A stretch of 64,000 nucleotides of DNA from an uncultured Planctomycetota bacterium. GTDB lineage: Bacteria; Planctomycetota; Planctomycetia; Gemmatales; Gemmataceae. The notes under the pieces were generated by a model. That model searched no databases. It had not been told where the DNA came from and was given only the letters and a program-made list of their open reading frames with translations. Positions 60,195-64,000 of the stretch are shown here, piece after piece. Position numbers and translations under genes: made by a program. The first letter of the stretch is position 1, and every line of letters begins with the position of its first letter. The stretch covers positions 320,001-384,000 of the forward strand of contig CAWKHF010000009.1 of the NCBI GenBank assembly GCA_963849325.1, given 5' to 3'.

Positions 60195-61073
60195 ATGTCC
60201 ATGATCCGGCGAGAGGGAGCCATTCATTCGCACATCCGGGCGCAGGTTCGGAACCAACGGCCGCCGCGCTGGTGGTACTACAGCGGCGTCGCCGTGCTCG
60301 GCCTGGCCCTGCTCGGCGGCGGCCAGGCGCCGAGTTCGGCGCCGCCGCCCGCCGCGCCGGCGGCCCCGCGGCCCATGACGGAACCGGCCCCGGCCAGCGC
60401 TCCCGCCTCGCCGATGGACGAACCGCTGCGACTCATCCACGAGGCCCGTCGCGCCTACCAGGACGTCCGCGATTACACCTGTCTGCTCATCAAGCGCGAG
60501 CGCATCGGCGGCGTGCTGCCGCCGGAGAGCGTCATCGAAATGAAGGTGCGGACCCAGCCGTTTAGCGTGTATCTGCACTGGCTGCAACCGCGCGCCGAGG
60601 CCGGGCAGGAAGTCTGTTATGTCGCCGGCCGCAACGACGGTCGGATGCGCGTCCGCCTCAAGGGCATGCTCGGGGCGGTCGGTTTCGTCTCGCTCGATCC
60701 CAACGACCCCCGCGCCCGGCAGACCAGCAAGCGCAGCATCACGGAGGCCGGTATCGGCAACATGATCGAACGATTCACGCGCGCCTGGGAGGACGAACGC
60801 CGTCTCGGTCTCACCAAGCCGATCAACGTCGCCGAGTACGAATACAACCGCCGCCGCTGCACGCGCGTCGAAACCGTTCATCCCAGCCCCGATGGCCATT
60901 TCCTCTATTACCGCGACGTGGTTTACTTCGACAAGGAGACGCACCTGCCCATCCGCCTGGAGTTCTACGATTGGCCGCGTCAGCCGGGCGACCCCGGCCA
61001 ACTGGTGGAAGTGTACAGCTTCGCCAACATGCGCCTCAACGTCGGGCTGGCGGAGGACGTGTTCAATCATTGA
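60195..61073 (+). CDS. DUF1571 protein
   Basis: DYTC...KRERI.G, K.R.QPFSVY, ITEAG, D.E..LP. Confidence 0.8.
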   Translation: MSMIRREGAIHSHIRAQVRNQRPPRWWYYSGVAVLGLALLGGGQAPSSAPPPAAPAAPRPMTEPAPASAPASPMDEPLRLIHEARRAYQDVRDYTCLLIKRERIGGVLPPESVIEMKVRTQPFSVYLHWLQPRAEAGQEVCYVAGRNDGRMRVRLKGMLGAVGFVSLDPNDPRARQTSKRSITEAGIGNMIERFTRAWEDERRLGLTKPINVAEYEYNRRRCTRVETVHPSPDGHFLYYRDVVYFDKETHLPIRLEFYDWPRQPGDPGQLVEVYSFANMRLNVGLAEDVFNH

Positions 61074-61082
61074 AAGGATAGG

Positions 61083-61144
61083 GACAAGCCCAGAGCGTCC
61101 GCGACGGGTTCTTTTGACCCGTCGCGGACGCTCCGGGCTTGTCG
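61083..61144. repeat. REP-like palindrome
   Basis: GACAAGCCC.GAGCGTCCGCGACGGGT...ACCCGTCGCGGACGCTC.GGGCTTGTC. Confidence 0.8.
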
Positions 61145-61277
61145 TTTCGTTCGGATGGGAACGCAAAATGCCCTTTCCCGAGCGTTGGGCCGATGTGGTA
61201 GCATAGCAAGGACTCGCAGCCGCCGCGGCTGCTCGCTACTTCCGTGATTGACCCTGACCTATCGAGCGAGGCGGTCC

Positions 61278-62571
61278 ATGCACGACGTTCTCAGCCTGAT
61301 CCTCGGCGGCGGCCGCGGCACTCGGCTCTATCCGCTCACCAAGCTGCGCAGCAAGCCGGCCGTGCCCGTCGCCGGCAAGTATCGCCTCATCGACATCCCC
61401 ATCAGCAACTGCATCAACAGCGGACTGCAACCGCATCTACGTCCTGACGCAGTTCCTCAGCGTCAGCCTGCACCGCCACATCGCCAACACCTACAAGTTC
61501 GATCCCTTCAGCCAGGCGTTCGTCGAAGTGCTGGCCGCCCAGCAGACCAACGAGGCCGCCGACTGGTACCAGGGCACCGCCGACGCCGTGCGCCAGCAGA
61601 TCCGCTACGTCGTCGAGGACCCCTGCAAGGAAGTGCTCATCCTGTCGGGCGATCAGCTCTACCGCATGGACTTTCGGCAACTTGCTGCAGACGCACCGCG
61701 ACACGAAGGCCGACGCCACCCTCGCCGTGCTGCCGGTGCCGCGCAGCCAGGTCGACGGGCTTCGGCATCGTCCGCCTCGACGACAGCGGCCGGGTCATCG
61801 GCTTCGTCGAGAAGCCGCAAGACGGAGGAGCAGCTCGAGCCGGTGCGCATGTCCGACGAGTGGTTGGCTCGGCACGGCGTCCAGGGCACGGGCCGGCCGT
61901 ACCTGGCCAGCATGGGCATCTACGTCTTCAACCGCAAGGCGCTGCTCGACCTGCTCACCGCCAAGCCGCTGGCCACCGACTTCGGCAAGGAAGTGTTTCC
62001 GCGCAGCATCCGCTCGCACCACGTCCAGGCCCACCTCTTCGACGGCTACTGGGAGGACCTGGGCACCGTGAAGGCGTACCACGAGGCCAACCTGGCCCTG
62101 GCCGGCGACAACCCGCCCTTCGACTTCCACAGTCCCGAGGGCGTCATCTACACGCGCATGCGCTTCCTGCCCGCCTCGCGCATCAGCGCGGCGTCGGTCA
62201 AGCAGTGCCTCATCAGCGACGGCTGCGTCGTGCAGGAGGGGGCCAACCTGGAGCGCTGCGTCGTCGGCGTGCGCAGCCGCATCGGCCGCAACGTCGTCCT
62301 GCGCGACACGGTGCTGATCGGCGCCGACCGCTTCGAGACGGACCTGCGAGCGCACGGCCAACCGTCAGCGCGGCGTGCCGGACATCGGCATCGGCGACGA
62401 CAGCGTCATCGAGAAGGCGATCATCGACAAGGATTGCCGCATCGGCCGCAATGTGCAGCATCACCAATCAACGCGGCCTGGAAGACGCCGAAGACAGAGA
62501 ATTACGTCATCCGCGAGGGCATCATCACCATCCCGCGCGGCACGGTCATGCCGGATGGGACGGTGATTTGA
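61278..62571 (+). CDS. glgC: glucose-1-phosphate adenylyltransferase (multiple frameshifts)
   Basis: [49 protein letters not shown]. Confidence 0.95.
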
Positions 62572-62573
62572 AA

Positions 62574-62631
62574 AGGGAATAGGGAATAGGGAATAGATTT
62601 TTCATTTCTATTCCCTATTCCCTATTCCCTA
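62574..62631. repeat. heptamer arrays (AGGGAAT)n and inverted copy
   Basis: between convergent glgC and secF. Confidence 0.9.
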
Positions 62632-62633
62632 TT

Positions 62634-64000
62634 TCACGCCTCTGTCGCGGCTACTTGCGGCATACGGGCGCGATCGCGGGCGCTGGGCGTGCCTTCGCCG
62701 AAGATCAGCAGCAGCGGGCTGGCGATGTAGATCGAGCTGTACGTACCGACGATCACGCCGACGATCATGACGAAGGCGAACAGGTGGACGCCCTCGCCGC
62801 CGAAAATGTACAGCACGATCACCACCAACCACACCGTCATCGACGACAGAATGGTCCGCGTTAGCGTCTGGTTGACGCTGTCGTTAATCATGGTCGCCGT
62901 CAGGATCGGGTTCTTGCCGCGCACCTCGCGGATGCGATCGAAGACGACGATGGTGTCGTTGACCGAGTAGCCCACCAGCGTCAGATAGCGCGGCGATGGC
63001 CGGCAGGTCGATCTTGAAGTCGCTGATGAGGAGCAGGTTGCCCAGCCAGGTGCCGTGCAGGTAGTGGCAGCCGGCGATGATGCCGAGCGTGAAGAGCAGG
63101 TCGTGCAACAGGCACAACACGGCGGCGGCGCCGAAGGTCCAGTTGCCGAAGCGGAACCACAGGTAGAGCAGGATGGCGCCCCAGCTCGCCAGGATGGCGT
63201 ACAGGGCGCGTTCTTGCGTGTTGGCGGCCAGCTGGGCGTCGAAGTTCTCCAGCCGCTCCGGCTGCGGGCTGGTGTCGAACGCCGTCTTGGTCTGCTTGAG
63301 GATCTCCTCGAACTGCTCGCGGCTGATCGGGTCGGTCAGCTCGACTTTCAGCTTCGAGAAGCGGCCGTTCTTCTCGTCGCCGGCTGGCTCGACGCGGAAG
63401 TTGCTCAGCCCTTCCTCGCGCAGCAGCATCGTCACCTGGGCCTTGGAGGCGTAATCCGCCTCGTCCGAGTTCGGCTTGGTGAACTCCAGCGTCGCCGACT
63501 TGTTGTTCTTGTCGATCTCGTACTTGTGCAGCTCGATGTACTCCAGGGCGTCACCCAGGCGGGTGTTGATGATCCGCTGCACCTTGCGCGCGTCCTTGTC
63601 CGCCGTGCGGACGGTGAACAGCGAACTCGCGCCGCCCTTGTCGCCGGTGAGGAAGATCTGCTCGATCGAGAGGTCGGGCAACTCGCTTTCCTGCGGCGTC
63701 AGGCCGGGGACCGGGACGTTCTGTTCGAGCTTCTGCCGCAGGCTGGTCATGTCCAGCGGCTTGGCGAGCTTGCCGGTGTAGGCGGTGCCGCCGATGAAGT
63801 CGATGTTCATGACGCTGCCGCCGCGCTCGGCGGGATTCAGACGCCAGACGAACAGGCCCGCTCCCAGGACGGTCAAGATGATGGTGGCCGTGAACCAGTA
63901 ATAGCGGATGCCCATGAAGTCCCAGTGGTGCCGGTGCAGCACCCGCACCAGCCCCTGGTAGAAGCTCAGCTTGTGCAGCCAGCCCTTCGACTGCCACAGG
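62634..64000 (-). CDS. secF: protein translocase SecF portion (probably a SecDF fusion; 5' end outside the window; frameshifts)
   Basis: IDFIGG, Y...[31 protein letters not shown]. Confidence 0.92.

Noticed and set aside
3016-64000. Frameshifts in many genes (pfkB, ubiD, kinase, GTs, kdsA, ppk1, glgC, secF and others) as pseudogenes or programmed frameshifting
   Set aside because: They hit essential genes, are single-base indels in GC-rich runs, show no in-frame stops and share no slippery motif; most consistent with long-read consensus error

Overview
High-GC chromosomal window, most likely from a planctomycete (Gemmataceae-like). This is inferred from DUF1559, DUF1501, DUF1549/1553, DUF1571, DUF4058 and Uma2 genes and from the palindrome families present. 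It holds about 50 housekeeping and accessory genes (moxR, ubiD-like, fabH, rplU, kdsA, ppk1, glgC, secDF, two two-component systems, an ECF sigma operon, toxin-antitoxin modules). At least 16 genes carry single-base frameshifts, which look like long-read consensus errors rather than pseudogenes. The most unusual locus is 15.27-16.75 kb. There, two diverged ~262-nt direct-repeat RNA units flank a phage-type NUMOD4/HNH endonuclease. Each unit has its own predicted promoter, a c-di-GMP-I riboswitch aptamer, a conserved ~105-nt core and a terminal hairpin, and the downstream unit has no gene to regulate. Other signals: a ModE-ModA fusion next to a perfect ModE box that lies upstream of a sigma-54 promoter for a Gly/Tyr-rich secreted protein; two orphan promoter-terminator sRNA candidates; two MITEs inserted into repeats; REP palindromes that supply stop codons; and inverted heptamer arrays. 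All family assignments come from motif recognition by eye; no database searches were run.
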